Assembly: GCA_944391075.1 (NCBI GenBank)
Contig: CALXSG010000004.1
Coordinates: forward strand, 10,445 to 74,444
Origin: an uncultured Rickettsiales bacterium
GTDB lineage: Bacteria > Pseudomonadota > Alphaproteobacteria > Rickettsiales > UBA1997
DNA length: 64,000 nucleotides
Direction: 5' to 3'
How positions within the stretch are numbered: the first letter of the stretch is position 1; every line of letters begins with the position of its first letter. Shown in pieces: positions 1-9,396 of the stretch. Both the position numbers and the translations under genes were made by a program. A model generated the notes under the pieces. The model was not told the origin of the DNA, searched no databases, and saw only the letters and a program-made list of their open reading frames with translations.

Positions 1-59
1 TGATTAGCAGACATTTTTTTTCTTTTATTATTTTTTTCTATTGCACTTACTTTTGCCAT
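1..59 (-). CDS. rpsN: 30S ribosomal protein S14, N-terminal part (runs off window)
   Basis: Reverse strand reads MAKVSAIEKNNKRKKMSAN..., located directly after rplE as in the S10/spc operon. Confidence 0.85.
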   Translation of the reverse strand, partial: MAKVSAIEKNNKRKKMSAN

Positions 60-71
60 ATCCTTTCTCTT

Positions 72-608
72 TTATTTAATTGGAAAATATAATTCACTCA
101 ATAAAGCCTTAGCCTCTTCTTTATTTTTAGCTGTTGTAACAACATTGACATCCAAACCGAATATCTTATAAGCTTTATCTAATTCAATTTCTGGAAATAT
201 TGTATGTTCTTTAATACCAAAGCTATAATGATTGCTTTGATTGAATGCATTTCCAGGTAAACCTCTAAAATCTTTAACCCTAGGTAATGCAATAAACAAC
301 AATCTATCCAAGAATTCATACATTTTATCTTTTCTTAAAGTTACTTTTGCTGCTATTGACATACCTTCTCTTAATTTAAAGGTAGAAATAGATTTTTTAG
401 CTTTAACTAAAACAGCTTTTTGTCCAGCAATTAGACTTAATTGATTAACAACATAGGTTAAAAAATTGCTGTCTATATCACTAGTCTTGAAAGCTACGTT
501 TAAAGAAACTTTCTCCAATCTTGGAATTTCAAGTTCATTCTTATAGCCAAATTTTTCTTTTAGCTTTTTAGCAACTTCATTATAATATTTATCTTTAATT
601 AATGACAT
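72..608 (-). CDS. rplE: 50S ribosomal protein L5
   Basis: ORF sequence (GLDVNVVTTAKNKEEAKALL) and operon order. Confidence 0.97.
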   Translation of the reverse strand: MSLIKDKYYNEVAKKLKEKFGYKNELEIPRLEKVSLNVAFKTSDIDSNFLTYVVNQLSLIAGQKAVLVKAKKSISTFKLREGMSIAAKVTLRKDKMYEFLDRLLFIALPRVKDFRGLPGNAFNQSNHYSFGIKEHTIFPEIELDKAYKIFGLDVNVVTTAKNKEEAKALLSELYFPIK

Positions 609-612
609 AATT

Positions 613-918
613 CTAACCTATTTTGTTTTTACTCTTTTTAGATACTCTAACCTTTTTACCATCTACAATTTCAAAACCAACCTTAACAGGTTTATTATCT
701 TCTACATAAGATACATTTGAAACGTGTATAGGTTTCTCTTCTTGTACTCTTTGTCCAGGAGTTTGAGCTGTAGGTTTCTTATGAACGGTAGCTAAATTAA
801 CTCCAGAAACTAATACTTTGTTTTCGGATGCAAGAACTTTAACGATTTCTCCTGTCTTGCCTTTATCCTTTCCGGTAATAACAATAACTGTATCACCTTT
901 TTTTAATTTACTAGCCAT
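613..918 (-). CDS. rplX: 50S ribosomal protein L24
   Basis: KOW-type N-terminus KLKKGDTVIVITGKDKGKTGEI. Confidence 0.97.
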   Translation of the reverse strand: MASKLKKGDTVIVITGKDKGKTGEIVKVLASENKVLVSGVNLATVHKKPTAQTPGQRVQEEKPIHVSNVSYVEDNKPVKVGFEIVDGKKVRVSKKSKNKIG

Positions 919-1286
919 TATAACACCTCCTCTGCTAAAGATAATATTTTTAAAAAGTTTCCAGCTCTTAATTCCCTAGCAATAGGTCCAGAAACACGAG
1001 TTCCAATAGGCATTCCGTCCTTAGAAATTAAAACAACAGCATTATCGTCAAATCTAATAGTACTGCCGTCCGGTCTTGTGATTTCTTTTTTTGTTCTAAC
1101 AATCACTCCTCTAACAACTTCACCTTTCTTTACTTTAGCACCAGGAATGATACTTTGTACAGCTAATACAATAATATCTCCAACGTTACTTGACATTCTT
1201 TTAGAGCCACCAAGAACTTTTATACATTTTGCAGTCTTGGCACCAGAATTATCAGCAACATTCAATAAAGTTTCCATCTGAATCAT
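918..1286 (-). CDS. rplN: 50S ribosomal protein L14
   Basis: [27 protein letters not shown]. Confidence 0.98.
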   Translation of the reverse strand: MIQMETLLNVADNSGAKTAKCIKVLGGSKRMSSNVGDIIVLAVQSIIPGAKVKKGEVVRGVIVRTKKEITRPDGSTIRFDDNAVVLISKDGMPIGTRVSGPIARELRAGNFLKILSLAEEVL

Positions 1287-1535
1287 TTACTTTTCTCCAG
1301 TTTCATCTTTGTTAATAATAACCCAAGACTTTCTTTTTGACAAAGGTCTTGTCTCTTGAATATAAATTTCATCACCGATCTTAGCCGTATTATTTTCGTC
1401 ATGAATCATATATTTCTTTTGTTTTTTAACATACTTTTCATATATTGGGTGTTTAACCAAAAAAGTATGTAAACCAACAACAGTCTTATCTCCAGCTATG
1501 CTAACTACTTTAACTTGTAAAATTTTTCCTGACAT
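1287..1535 (-). CDS. rpsQ: 30S ribosomal protein S17
   Basis: LQVKVVSIAGDKTVVGLHTFLVKHPIYEKY; operon order. Confidence 0.96.
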   Translation of the reverse strand: MSGKILQVKVVSIAGDKTVVGLHTFLVKHPIYEKYVKKQKKYMIHDENNTAKIGDEIYIQETRPLSKRKSWVIINKDETGEK

Positions 1536-1536
1536 T

Positions 1537-1695
1537 TTATTCTCCTGCTTTTTTTAATTTAGTGAATAACCTAGCTATTTCCTTTTTTGTCTTCTTAATT
1601 TCAGAGACATTCTTTAAATCACCATTAGCATTCTTAATTCTAAGACTTAAAAGTTTCTTTTTCAATTCTAATATTTTATCTTTAATTTCTTTCAT
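1537..1695 (-). CDS. rpmC: 50S ribosomal protein L29 (52 aa, absent from the ORF track)
   Basis: Manual reverse-strand translation MKEIKDKILELKKKLLSLRIKNANGDLKNVSEIKKTKKEIARLFTKLKKAGE*, between rpsQ and rplP as expected. Confidence 0.93.
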   Translation of the reverse strand: MKEIKDKILELKKKLLSLRIKNANGDLKNVSEIKKTKKEIARLFTKLKKAGE

Positions 1696-1712
1696 ATCTT
1701 TTCTCTCTATAA

Positions 1713-2126
1713 TTAAACTCTTTTAACAATCTTAGTTATAAAAGGTAACTTTGCGGAAGCTTTAGATAAAGCTGTCATAGCTACATCTTCGGATACACCA
1801 TCAACCTCAAATAATACCAAACCAGGTTTTACCCTGCACATCCAATAACTAACAGAACCTTTACCACTACCCATTCTAACTTCGGCAGGTTTGCTAGATA
1901 CTGGTATTTGTGGAAATACTCTAATCCAGATTTTACCTTCTCTTTTTAAATATCTAGAAATACATCTTCTAGCAGCTTCAATTTGGTTAGCTTTTAATCT
2001 TCCCGAACTTAAAGATTTAAGACCAAACATACCGAAGGCCAAAGAAGATCCAGAGCTTGCAACACCTGTAATTTTCTTTCCACCTTTTTGCGCTTTTCTA
2101 TATTTTGTCTTATTAGGCAACAACAT
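1713..2126 (-). CDS. rplP: 50S ribosomal protein L16
   Basis: [16 protein letters not shown]... [15 protein letters not shown]. Confidence 0.98.
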   Translation of the reverse strand: MLLPNKTKYRKAQKGGKKITGVASSGSSLAFGMFGLKSLSSGRLKANQIEAARRCISRYLKREGKIWIRVFPQIPVSSKPAEVRMGSGKGSVSYWMCRVKPGLVLFEVDGVSEDVAMTALSKASAKLPFITKIVKRV

Positions 2127-2208
2127 TTTCTTATTTCCTCATTTTTACTAGTATAATAAAATTATATCTTAATAAATTAAAGTCAATAGGTTTAAACAAG
2201 AAATTTAA

Positions 2209-2823
2209 CTATTTCTTGCAAATCCATACTTTAATTCCAATTATTCCATAAATTGTATGTGCATTAGCTGTTGCATAATCAACATCAGCTTTTAAGGTAT
2301 GCAAAGGAATAGAACCTTCTTTATAAGTTTCAGCCCTTGCAATCTCAGCGCCATTCAATCTTCCACCAATCTTAATCTTGATTCCTTTAATACCATATCT
2401 CATAGCGGTTTGCATAACTTTTTTGATAACTCTTCTATAAGAAGCACGGTTTTCAATTTGTTTTGCAATACTTGTTGCTACAACTTGGCTGTCCATATCA
2501 GGTTTATCAACCTCAGAAATCTTAATATTAACATCGGCTTCACCCATCTTTTTAACTTGTGCTTTAATCTTTTCAATATCAGCACCTTTCTTACCAATTA
2601 AAACACCAGGTTTAGCTGTTTTAATTATAACATTTACTTTATTTCCAGCTCTTTCAATAACTACTTTACTAATAGCAGAATCACTATAATTATTCATTAT
2701 GTAATCTCTGATCTTTAAATCTTTAATAAGATTTTCGGCATACTTTTTATCGTCATACCATACAGAAGACCATTGATTATTATTAAGGATTCTAAAACCC
2801 ACTGGATTAACTTTTTGTCCCAT
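2209..2823 (-). CDS. rpsC: 30S ribosomal protein S3
   Basis: MGQKVNPVGFRI ... GVLIGKKGADIEKIK. Confidence 0.98.
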   Translation of the reverse strand: MGQKVNPVGFRILNNNQWSSVWYDDKKYAENLIKDLKIRDYIMNNYSDSAISKVVIERAGNKVNVIIKTAKPGVLIGKKGADIEKIKAQVKKMGEADVNIKISEVDKPDMDSQVVATSIAKQIENRASYRRVIKKVMQTAMRYGIKGIKIKIGGRLNGAEIARAETYKEGSIPLHTLKADVDYATANAHTIYGIIGIKVWICKK

Positions 2824-3204
2824 TTATTCTCCTTTTTCAATTAAAACTATTCTTAAATTACTAAAAGGTTTAAGTATTCTAACACCTCTACCTTTTGCTC
2901 TAGCCTTAAATCTTTTCATAACCATAGCCTTACCAACATCAACTCTATAAACATATAAATTGTCTATATCTAAGCCGTGGTTATTTTCTGCATTAGCCAT
3001 AGCTGATTTTAAAAGTTTACTAACATCTTTTGCAGCAGCTTTCTTTGAAAAATTTAATGCAACAACAGCTTTATTAGCTGGCATACCCATAATGCTTCTA
3101 GCTATAGCAGATAACTTTATAGGACTAATTCTAATGGATCTCAAATGAGCTTCTGCAGTTTTTTGAATTTTATTTTCATTTTCTTTTTTCATTTTTCTCT
3201 CCAT
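2824..3204 (-). CDS. rplV: 50S ribosomal protein L22
   Basis: IRISPIKLSAIARSIMGM...RFKARAKGRGVRI; operon order. Confidence 0.96.
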   Translation of the reverse strand: MERKMKKENENKIQKTAEAHLRSIRISPIKLSAIARSIMGMPANKAVVALNFSKKAAAKDVSKLLKSAMANAENNHGLDIDNLYVYRVDVGKAMVMKRFKARAKGRGVRILKPFSNLRIVLIEKGE

Positions 3205-3485
3205 TATTTTTTAGCAGCAACTTTCTTATTTCCTGCATGTCCAAAGAAAGTTCTAGTAGGAGCAAACTCGCCAAACTTGTGTCCAACCATACCTTCAGTT
3301 ACTAGCACAGAAACAAATTTCTTTCCATTATAAACACTAAATGTCAAACCAACAAATTGTGGAACAATAGTTGATCTTCTTGACCATGTTTTTATAATAC
3401 CTTTTTTTGTAGATTCATTCATGGCTTTAGCTTTCTTTAATAAATAACCATCCACAAATGGAACCTTCCAAACTGATCTTGACAT
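3204..3485 (-). CDS. rpsS: 30S ribosomal protein S19
   Basis: [18 protein letters not shown]...[12 protein letters not shown]. Confidence 0.98.
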   Translation of the reverse strand: MSRSVWKVPFVDGYLLKKAKAMNESTKKGIIKTWSRRSTIVPQFVGLTFSVYNGKKFVSVLVTEGMVGHKFGEFAPTRTFFGHAGNKKVAAKK

Positions 3486-3498
3486 ATTCTAACCTCTT

Positions 3499-4323
3499 CT
3501 ATTTTTTATGACGACTTTTAATAATTAACTTGTTAGAAACTTTATTCTTCTTTCTAGTTCTACCACCTCTAGCACATACACCGGTTGGAGAAACTGGAAT
3601 TCTACCACCTCTTGTTCTACCACCAAGTGGATGATCAACAGGGTTCATAGATTCACCTCTAACGTGAGGTCTAATTCCTAACCATCTAGATCTACCTGCT
3701 TTACCAATTACTATGTTTTTGTTATCAGCATTAGAAACAGTACCTATTGTAGCTAAACAATCTAATGGGAATTTTTTAATTTCACCAGATTGTAATTTTA
3801 ATATAGCATAGCCATTATCTTTACCAGCTAATTGAGCAAATGAACCAGCACTTCTAGCTAATGTGGCACCAGCACCAACTTTTGTCTCAATATTATGTAT
3901 TAAAGTACCAACTGGTATAATTGCCATAGGCATTGTATTACCTGGTTTTATATCTAATAACTTTTTTGATGACATAATTTTATCACCAACTGCTAATTTA
4001 TTAGGTGCAATTATGTAAGATAAAATGCCGTCTTCATATTTAATTAAAGCTATAAAAGCAGTTCTATTAGGATCATATTCGATTCTTTCAACTACTGCTG
4101 GAACATCGAATTTATTTCTCTTAAAATCAACTAATCTATAAGCTTGTTTATGTCCACCACCTCTTCTTCTAACAGTAATTTGGCCTTTATTATTTCTTCC
4201 AGCTTTACTATTTAAAGGTTCAACCAACATTTTAACAGGAGAACCCTTCCAAAGGTCTGATCTATCAATTGTAATCAAACTTCTTTGTGCAGGTGTAATA
4301 GGATTATAATTTTTTATAGCCAT
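3499..4323 (-). CDS. rplB: 50S ribosomal protein L2
   Basis: [27 protein letters not shown]... [19 protein letters not shown]. Confidence 0.99.
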   Translation of the reverse strand: MAIKNYNPITPAQRSLITIDRSDLWKGSPVKMLVEPLNSKAGRNNKGQITVRRRGGGHKQAYRLVDFKRNKFDVPAVVERIEYDPNRTAFIALIKYEDGILSYIIAPNKLAVGDKIMSSKKLLDIKPGNTMPMAIIPVGTLIHNIETKVGAGATLARSAGSFAQLAGKDNGYAILKLQSGEIKKFPLDCLATIGTVSNADNKNIVIGKAGRSRWLGIRPHVRGESMNPVDHPLGGRTRGGRIPVSPTGVCARGGRTRKKNKVSNKLIIKSRHKK

Positions 4324-4326
4324 TTC

Positions 4327-4620
4327 TTACTCCAATATACTTAAATTAATATCCTGTCCTTTTTTAACGGTAACGACAGCTTTTTTAACTGAACTTCTCT
4401 TTCCCTTAGTTCCTTTAAATCTTTTTACTTTACCTTCTGTATTAATTATATTAACACCTTCAACAATAACATCAAAAATATCTTGAATAGCTTTTTTAAC
4501 ATCGTCTTTATTTGCAGAAGCTACAACTTCAAAATAAAATTGATTATTTTCAGCTGCTCTTGCAGTTTTTTCTGTTGTAAGTGTTCGTACTATAATATCA
4601 AAATTTTTACCTAAACTCAT
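4327..4620 (-). CDS. rplW: 50S ribosomal protein L23
   Basis: LTTEKTARAAENNQFYFEV; operon order. Confidence 0.95.
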   Translation of the reverse strand: MSLGKNFDIIVRTLTTEKTARAAENNQFYFEVVASANKDDVKKAIQDIFDVIVEGVNIINTEGKVKRFKGTKGKRSSVKKAVVTVKKGQDINLSILE

Positions 4621-5240
4621 TATAATACCTCTTTTTTAACTTTTTCATAAGAAAGCTCATCAAGTAATAAGAAGTCATGATTCATTAAATCATAAACATT
4701 TAATGCATTAGAATTTAAAAGTTTAACACCTTTAATATTTCTAACTGATTTGTTGAAGTTTTCTACAACTTCTTGATAAGCTATTAAAGGATTTACAATA
4801 GCATTTTGAACTAATTTAGCATTAACTTCTTTTGTACTAATTGGAAGTTCTTGTAAACCTTGTAAAATAATAACTTTTCCATTAGCTAATTTATCTTTCA
4901 ATACGATTGATAAAGCTTTTTTAACCATTTTCTTAGGCATTGTATATGAGTAATCTCTAGGTTTTGGACCATGAGCCTTAGCACCACCAACAAATTGAGC
5001 ACCTTTTAAACTACCTTGTCTAGCAGAACCTCTACCTTTTTGACCAAAAGGTTTCTTTCCTGTATAAGCAATTTCAGAAACGGTTTTTGTTTTAGCGGAT
5101 GAAAGTCCTCTTCTATTAGCAAGTTGCCATTTAATGATTGAAGCAATTAAATCTGCATTTTCATTAATACTTTCAGCAACTAAATCTAAATCTTGTTCGG
5201 ATATTTGAGAATTACTTAAATTTAAAAATTTTATCTTCAT
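4620..5240 (-). CDS. rplD: 50S ribosomal protein L4
   Basis: GRGSARQGSLKGAQFVGGAKAHGPKPRDY. Confidence 0.97.
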   Translation of the reverse strand: MKIKFLNLSNSQISEQDLDLVAESINENADLIASIIKWQLANRRGLSSAKTKTVSEIAYTGKKPFGQKGRGSARQGSLKGAQFVGGAKAHGPKPRDYSYTMPKKMVKKALSIVLKDKLANGKVIILQGLQELPISTKEVNAKLVQNAIVNPLIAYQEVVENFNKSVRNIKGVKLLNSNALNVYDLMNHDFLLLDELSYEKVKKEVL

Positions 5241-5243
5241 TTC

Positions 5244-5879
5244 CTATCCTCTCTTAGCTGTTTTGATAATAACATCTCTACCTTTAAAACCAGGGATAGC
5301 ACCTTTTACACAAATAATATTGTCAGCTGTATCAATATCAACAACTTTCAAATTCTTTACAGTAACTTGTTCATCACCTAATTGACCAGGCATTTTTTTA
5401 CCTTTAAATACTTTTGCTGGACTCATTCTATTACCGGTAGAACCAATAGATCTATGTGTAACTGAAACACCATGAGAAGCTTCAAGTCCTCTAAAATTCC
5501 ATCTCTTCATACCACCAGCAAAACCTTTACCTTTACTGATTCCAGTAATATCAACAAGAACAACACCATCTAAAAGAGCAGCATTTAAAATGTCGCCAAT
5601 ATTAACTGGTTTATCTTTTGACATTTTAACAGTTGTCATTTTTGAATATGGTTCTAAGTTCTTCTTTTTGTAAATACCAAGAATTGATTTATTTAATTTT
5701 TTTTCTGGATTCTTTGGTTTATCATAAGATAAAGTAACATTTAAGTAATCTTTACCTTCAATTTCTTTAATATCACTTACACAACACTCATAGAGTTGAA
5801 TAAGTGTAACAGGAGTAACAGCACCATTGCTGTCGTATATTCTACTCATTCCTATTTTTTTACCAACTATACCTAACAT
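5244..5879 (-). CDS. rplC: 50S ribosomal protein L3
   Basis: [16 protein letters not shown] ... GKGFAGGMKRWNF. Confidence 0.98.
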   Translation of the reverse strand: MLGIVGKKIGMSRIYDSNGAVTPVTLIQLYECCVSDIKEIEGKDYLNVTLSYDKPKNPEKKLNKSILGIYKKKNLEPYSKMTTVKMSKDKPVNIGDILNAALLDGVVLVDITGISKGKGFAGGMKRWNFRGLEASHGVSVTHRSIGSTGNRMSPAKVFKGKKMPGQLGDEQVTVKNLKVVDIDTADNIICVKGAIPGFKGRDVIIKTAKRG

Positions 5880-6202
5880 TATTCATTTACCCCATTAAGT
5901 GCAATTTTAATATCAACACCAGCTGATAAGTTAAGACTCATAAGAGCATTAACTGTTTGTGGTGTAGGAATAATAATTAATAATCTTTTAATAGATCTAA
6001 TTTCAAACTGTTCCATACTTCTCTTATAAATATGAGGAGATCTGATAACTGTAAATTTTTTAATATTAGTAGGTAAAGGAATAGGGCCTTTTACAACAGC
6101 TCCTGTTCTTTTAACAGTACCAATAATATCTTGAACAGCTTGATCTAATATTTGACTATCAAAAGCCTTCAAAGTTATTTTAATACTTTCTTTCTTTTTC
6201 AT
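5879..6202 (-). CDS. rpsJ: 30S ribosomal protein S10
   Basis: IRIKLKAFD-like N-terminus, [31 protein letters not shown]. Confidence 0.98.
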   Translation of the reverse strand: MKKKESIKITLKAFDSQILDQAVQDIIGTVKRTGAVVKGPIPLPTNIKKFTVIRSPHIYKRSMEQFEIRSIKRLLIIIPTPQTVNALMSLNLSAGVDIKIALNGVNE

Positions 6203-6239
6203 TTCAAAAAATTTAATTTTAATAAAATATAACTACAAC

Positions 6240-6300
6240 GAGAGGTCCATATAATGGACTTCGTCCCTACATTTACAACAATCTATTGGCAAATGTAGTT
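6240..6300 (-). promoter_or_regulatory. Two adjacent inverted repeats upstream of rpsJ (candidate S10-operon leader or terminator of the upstream unit)
   Basis: AGGTCCAT(6243-6250)/ATGGACTT(6254-6261) and CTACATTT(6267-6274)/AAATGTAG(6291-6298). Confidence 0.4.
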
Positions 6301-6417
6301 TATATTATAGAACCAATATTTTAAAAATCAAGCTTAAATTACATTTTTTAGCAAATTTACACAATTTATGAAAAAAATACGACAAAAATTTTAATTATTT
6401 ATAAGAATAATTTTAGA

Positions 6418-7234
6418 TTATATATCTATAAGATGAATAGCAAATCTATTACCTTCTCTATGATCTGATTTTTTATATCTAAAAATACCATTCATATCAC
6501 CATGACCATCTACATCTATACCATCAATTTTTGTATCAAGTTTTTTTAATATATCATCATAACTTTGCTTAAAAGAAATTTGATCTTCCGATACCATCCA
6601 TATACTATGCTTCATTATATTATAAAACCAATCATTATTTTTACTATATCCAATAATTTGATGAAAAGTCCAAGGTAAATCAGAAAAAAACTTGGTAGTT
6701 GGAGCATGAAAATCATCTGGTGTAGGTTCAAAATCTATAATACCATTTAAATATAATTCAATATATGCTCCAGCATCACTTTTCTGAGCTTTATTATTGT
6801 ATGGACTTGAAAAACTATTAATTGAATAACTTTCTCCAGCTTTTCCTGTTCCATTAGGACAAGAATCACCACCACACCAAGCACCATTAAAACCATCATT
6901 ATTTAAATCTCCTGGCAATCTACCATATTTTACTTTAAATGTATATAAAGCTTGTTTCCACGAATTTACTTCATTAATAAAATTTCTCATTTTTGCACTC
7001 TCAATCAAACTAGCACCACCAGTTATACCAGCTACAAGAAGTCCTATTATTATAAGAACTATTGACAACTCAATCAAAGAAAAAGCAAGAATATTATTTA
7101 TTTTGAATTTAATGAAATTTTTATGTATACAATCAGTATTATTGTTTGAATTAACTATTTTGTTAAATTGTTTATAAAAAGCGCCCCCCCCCCCACAAAC
7201 TTTTGATAATATTTTTATTATTTATAATATTCAT
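6418..7234 (-). CDS. Prepilin-like protein (type IV pilin/pseudopilin N-terminal methylation domain), copy 1; apparently frameshifted/phase-OFF at a G11 tract
   Basis: Track ORF 6418..7077 contains (FSL)IELSIVLIIIGLLVAG; upstream ATG at 7234 reads MNIINNKNIIKSLWGGG then RFL* with 11 Gs; with 10 Gs it reads on through AFYKQFNKIV...NNILAFSLIELSIV. Confidence 0.8.
7184..7194 (-). repeat. Poly(G) homopolymer, 11 nt (minus strand), in the 5' coding region of prepilin copy 1
   Basis: Run of 11 C on + strand. Confidence 0.9.
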
Positions 7235-7319
7235 ATATTGTTAAATTATTATTATGACATTTCTATTTTTAATATAACTATTGATATTTTAAAAAAGCAA
7301 TAAATTATTAAAATATTTA

Positions 7320-8144
7320 TTATAAATCCATTAAATTTACACCTACTCTATTACCATATTTATGAGTATGTGGCTGATATCTAAAATTACCTGTCAAATC
7401 CCACTCCTCATCCATAATATGACCATCCAATTTCCTATCTATTTTTTTACATATTCGGTCATAACTACTTTTAGATATATAAGCAACATCCGAAACCAAC
7501 CACACACTCAAATTTTTTATATTATCTACAAACATTATAGCATTAGGATTTGAACTATATTTATATTCTACAAATTGATGAAATTTCCATGATAATTCAG
7601 GAAATACTATAATATGAGGCTTAACAAAATTTTCTGGATCTGGCTTGAAATCTATAATACCATTTAAATATAATTCAATATATGCTCCAGCATCACTTGG
7701 TTGTACTTTATTATTATATGGTTCTGGAAAACTATTAATTGAATAACTTTCTCCAGCTTTTCCTGTTCCGTTAGGACAAGCATTACCACCACACCAACCA
7801 CCTAAAAAACCATCATTATTTAAATCTCCTGGCAATCTACCATATTTTACTTTAAATGTATATAAAGCTTGTTTCCACGAATTTACTTCATTAATAAAAT
7901 TTCTTACTTTAGCACTCTCAATCAAACTTTGACCACCAATTATGCCGGATACCAAAAGACCAATAATAATTAATACTATTGATAATTCAATTAAAGAAAA
8001 AGCAAGAATATTATTTATTTGAGATTTAATGAAATTTTGATTTATACAATCAGTATTATTGTTTGAATTAACTATTTTGTTAAATTGTTTATAAAAAGCG
8101 ACCCCCCCCCCACAAACTTTTGATAATATTTTTATTATTTTCAT
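7320..8144 (-). CDS. Prepilin-like protein, copy 2; in-frame/phase-ON
   Basis: 274 aa ORF MKIIKILSKVCGGGVAFYKQ...NNILAFSLIELSIVLIIIGLLVSG; G tract encodes the CGGGV segment. Confidence 0.9.
   Translation of the reverse strand: MKIIKILSKVCGGGVAFYKQFNKIVNSNNNTDCINQNFIKSQINNILAFSLIELSIVLIIIGLLVSGIIGGQSLIESAKVRNFINEVNSWKQALYTFKVKYGRLPGDLNNDGFLGGWCGGNACPNGTGKAGESYSINSFPEPYNNKVQPSDAGAYIELYLNGIIDFKPDPENFVKPHIIVFPELSWKFHQFVEYKYSSNPNAIMFVDNIKNLSVWLVSDVAYISKSSYDRICKKIDRKLDGHIMDEEWDLTGNFRYQPHTHKYGNRVGVNLMDL
8102..8111 (-). repeat. Poly(G) homopolymer, 10 nt (minus strand), in the 5' coding region of prepilin copy 2
   Basis: Run of 10 C on + strand. Confidence 0.9.
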
Positions 8145-8351
8145 ATTTATATTATTTTAATATTATTATTACAACCTTTGTACTTATAATATATTGTTTG
8201 ATGTGAAAGTCAATAAAATTTTTCTAATTATAAATATATACCAATTCTATTAGTAATAAAATTAATCTACTACTAATATAGTAATTATATAATAATTACA
8301 CCAATAAAATAAAAAATGATATTATTATAAATTAAACTTATTAATATTTTA

Positions 8352-9175
8352 TTAATAATCTATTAATGTCATAGATATATTACATGCAATATTATTTAAA
8401 ATAGATGTATTATAATCTGTATAACCATCACCGCAACTACTTCTAATACTACCAATATTATAAATACCATCATCATATTTTAAATCATAATTTCTCAAAT
8501 ATTTAGGATCAATTTCTTGTGTGGTATATATTGTTATTTGATTTCCAGGTTTTATCTTATACTTATAATGCATTGGGTTATTTAAATCTTCTCTTCTATG
8601 TTCATAATAATATTGACAATTCTTTAATATTTTTGAGTTAGGTTTGGCTTTATCACCTTTTTTTCCATATGTTGATAAATTAGCTTCTTTAGGCACAAAA
8701 TCAATAATTTTAGCTAAATATAAATCAACAAATGGGGCAGATATTTCATTAGGTATACCATATCCACTTCCTCCATTTTGATTATATGGGGCTGGAAAAC
8801 TATTTGAATTATAAGTTTGACCACTAAAAAGTCCAATAGAGCCAGAACCATTTAAATCACCAGGAGCTCTACCATTTAATGCCTTAAAAGTAAAATATGC
8901 TTGTTTATAACTATTAATTTCATCACCTAATGCTTTAATTTTAGTACTTTCAATGAGACTAGCACCACCTGTAACACCAGCTATAAGAAGTCCTATTATT
9001 ATAAGTACAATTGATAATTCAATCAAAGAAAAAGCAAGAATATTATTTATTTTGAATTTAATGAAATTTTTATGTATACAATCAGTATTATTGTTTGAAT
9101 TAACTATTTTGTTAAATCGTTTATAAAAAGCACCCCCCCCCCTACAATTTTAACTACTTTTTTATTATTTCCCAT
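8352..9175 (-). CDS. Prepilin-like protein, copy 3; apparently frameshifted/phase-OFF at a G10 tract
   Basis: Track ORF 8352..9026 is the body; ATG at 9175 reads MGNNKKVVKIVGGGVLFINDLTK* with 10 Gs; 11 Gs would join it to AFYKRFNKIV...NNILAFSLIELSIV. Confidence 0.8.
9133..9142 (-). repeat. Poly(G) homopolymer, 10 nt (minus strand), in the 5' coding region of prepilin copy 3
   Basis: Run of 10 C on + strand. Confidence 0.9.
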
Positions 9176-9396
9176 ATTTATATTCAAATCATGTTATCAT
9201 ACTTCTAATTTTAATATATTTACAAATATTTTAAAATCAAGAATTTACTATGCATAATATTACCATATGTTAACAATTCTTTTTTTATTCACTAATTTTA
9301 CTGATAAATAATCTTATTTATTCATAAAAATAATTGTTTTTACAAGAGCATCGCTATACATTGATTCTATTAAATAGAATATTATTATTACTAAAA

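Noticed and set aside
241-3333. Plus-strand ORFs antisense to ribosomal protein genes
   Set aside because: Shadow ORFs opposite conserved ribosomal genes; no recognisable domain
7184-9142. Homopolymer tracts as plain sequencing/assembly error
   Set aside because: Cannot be excluded from the sequence alone, but the tracts occur at homologous positions in three genes, differ in length, and the out-of-frame copies otherwise retain long intact ORFs, which fits phase variation better than random error. Raw reads would decide.
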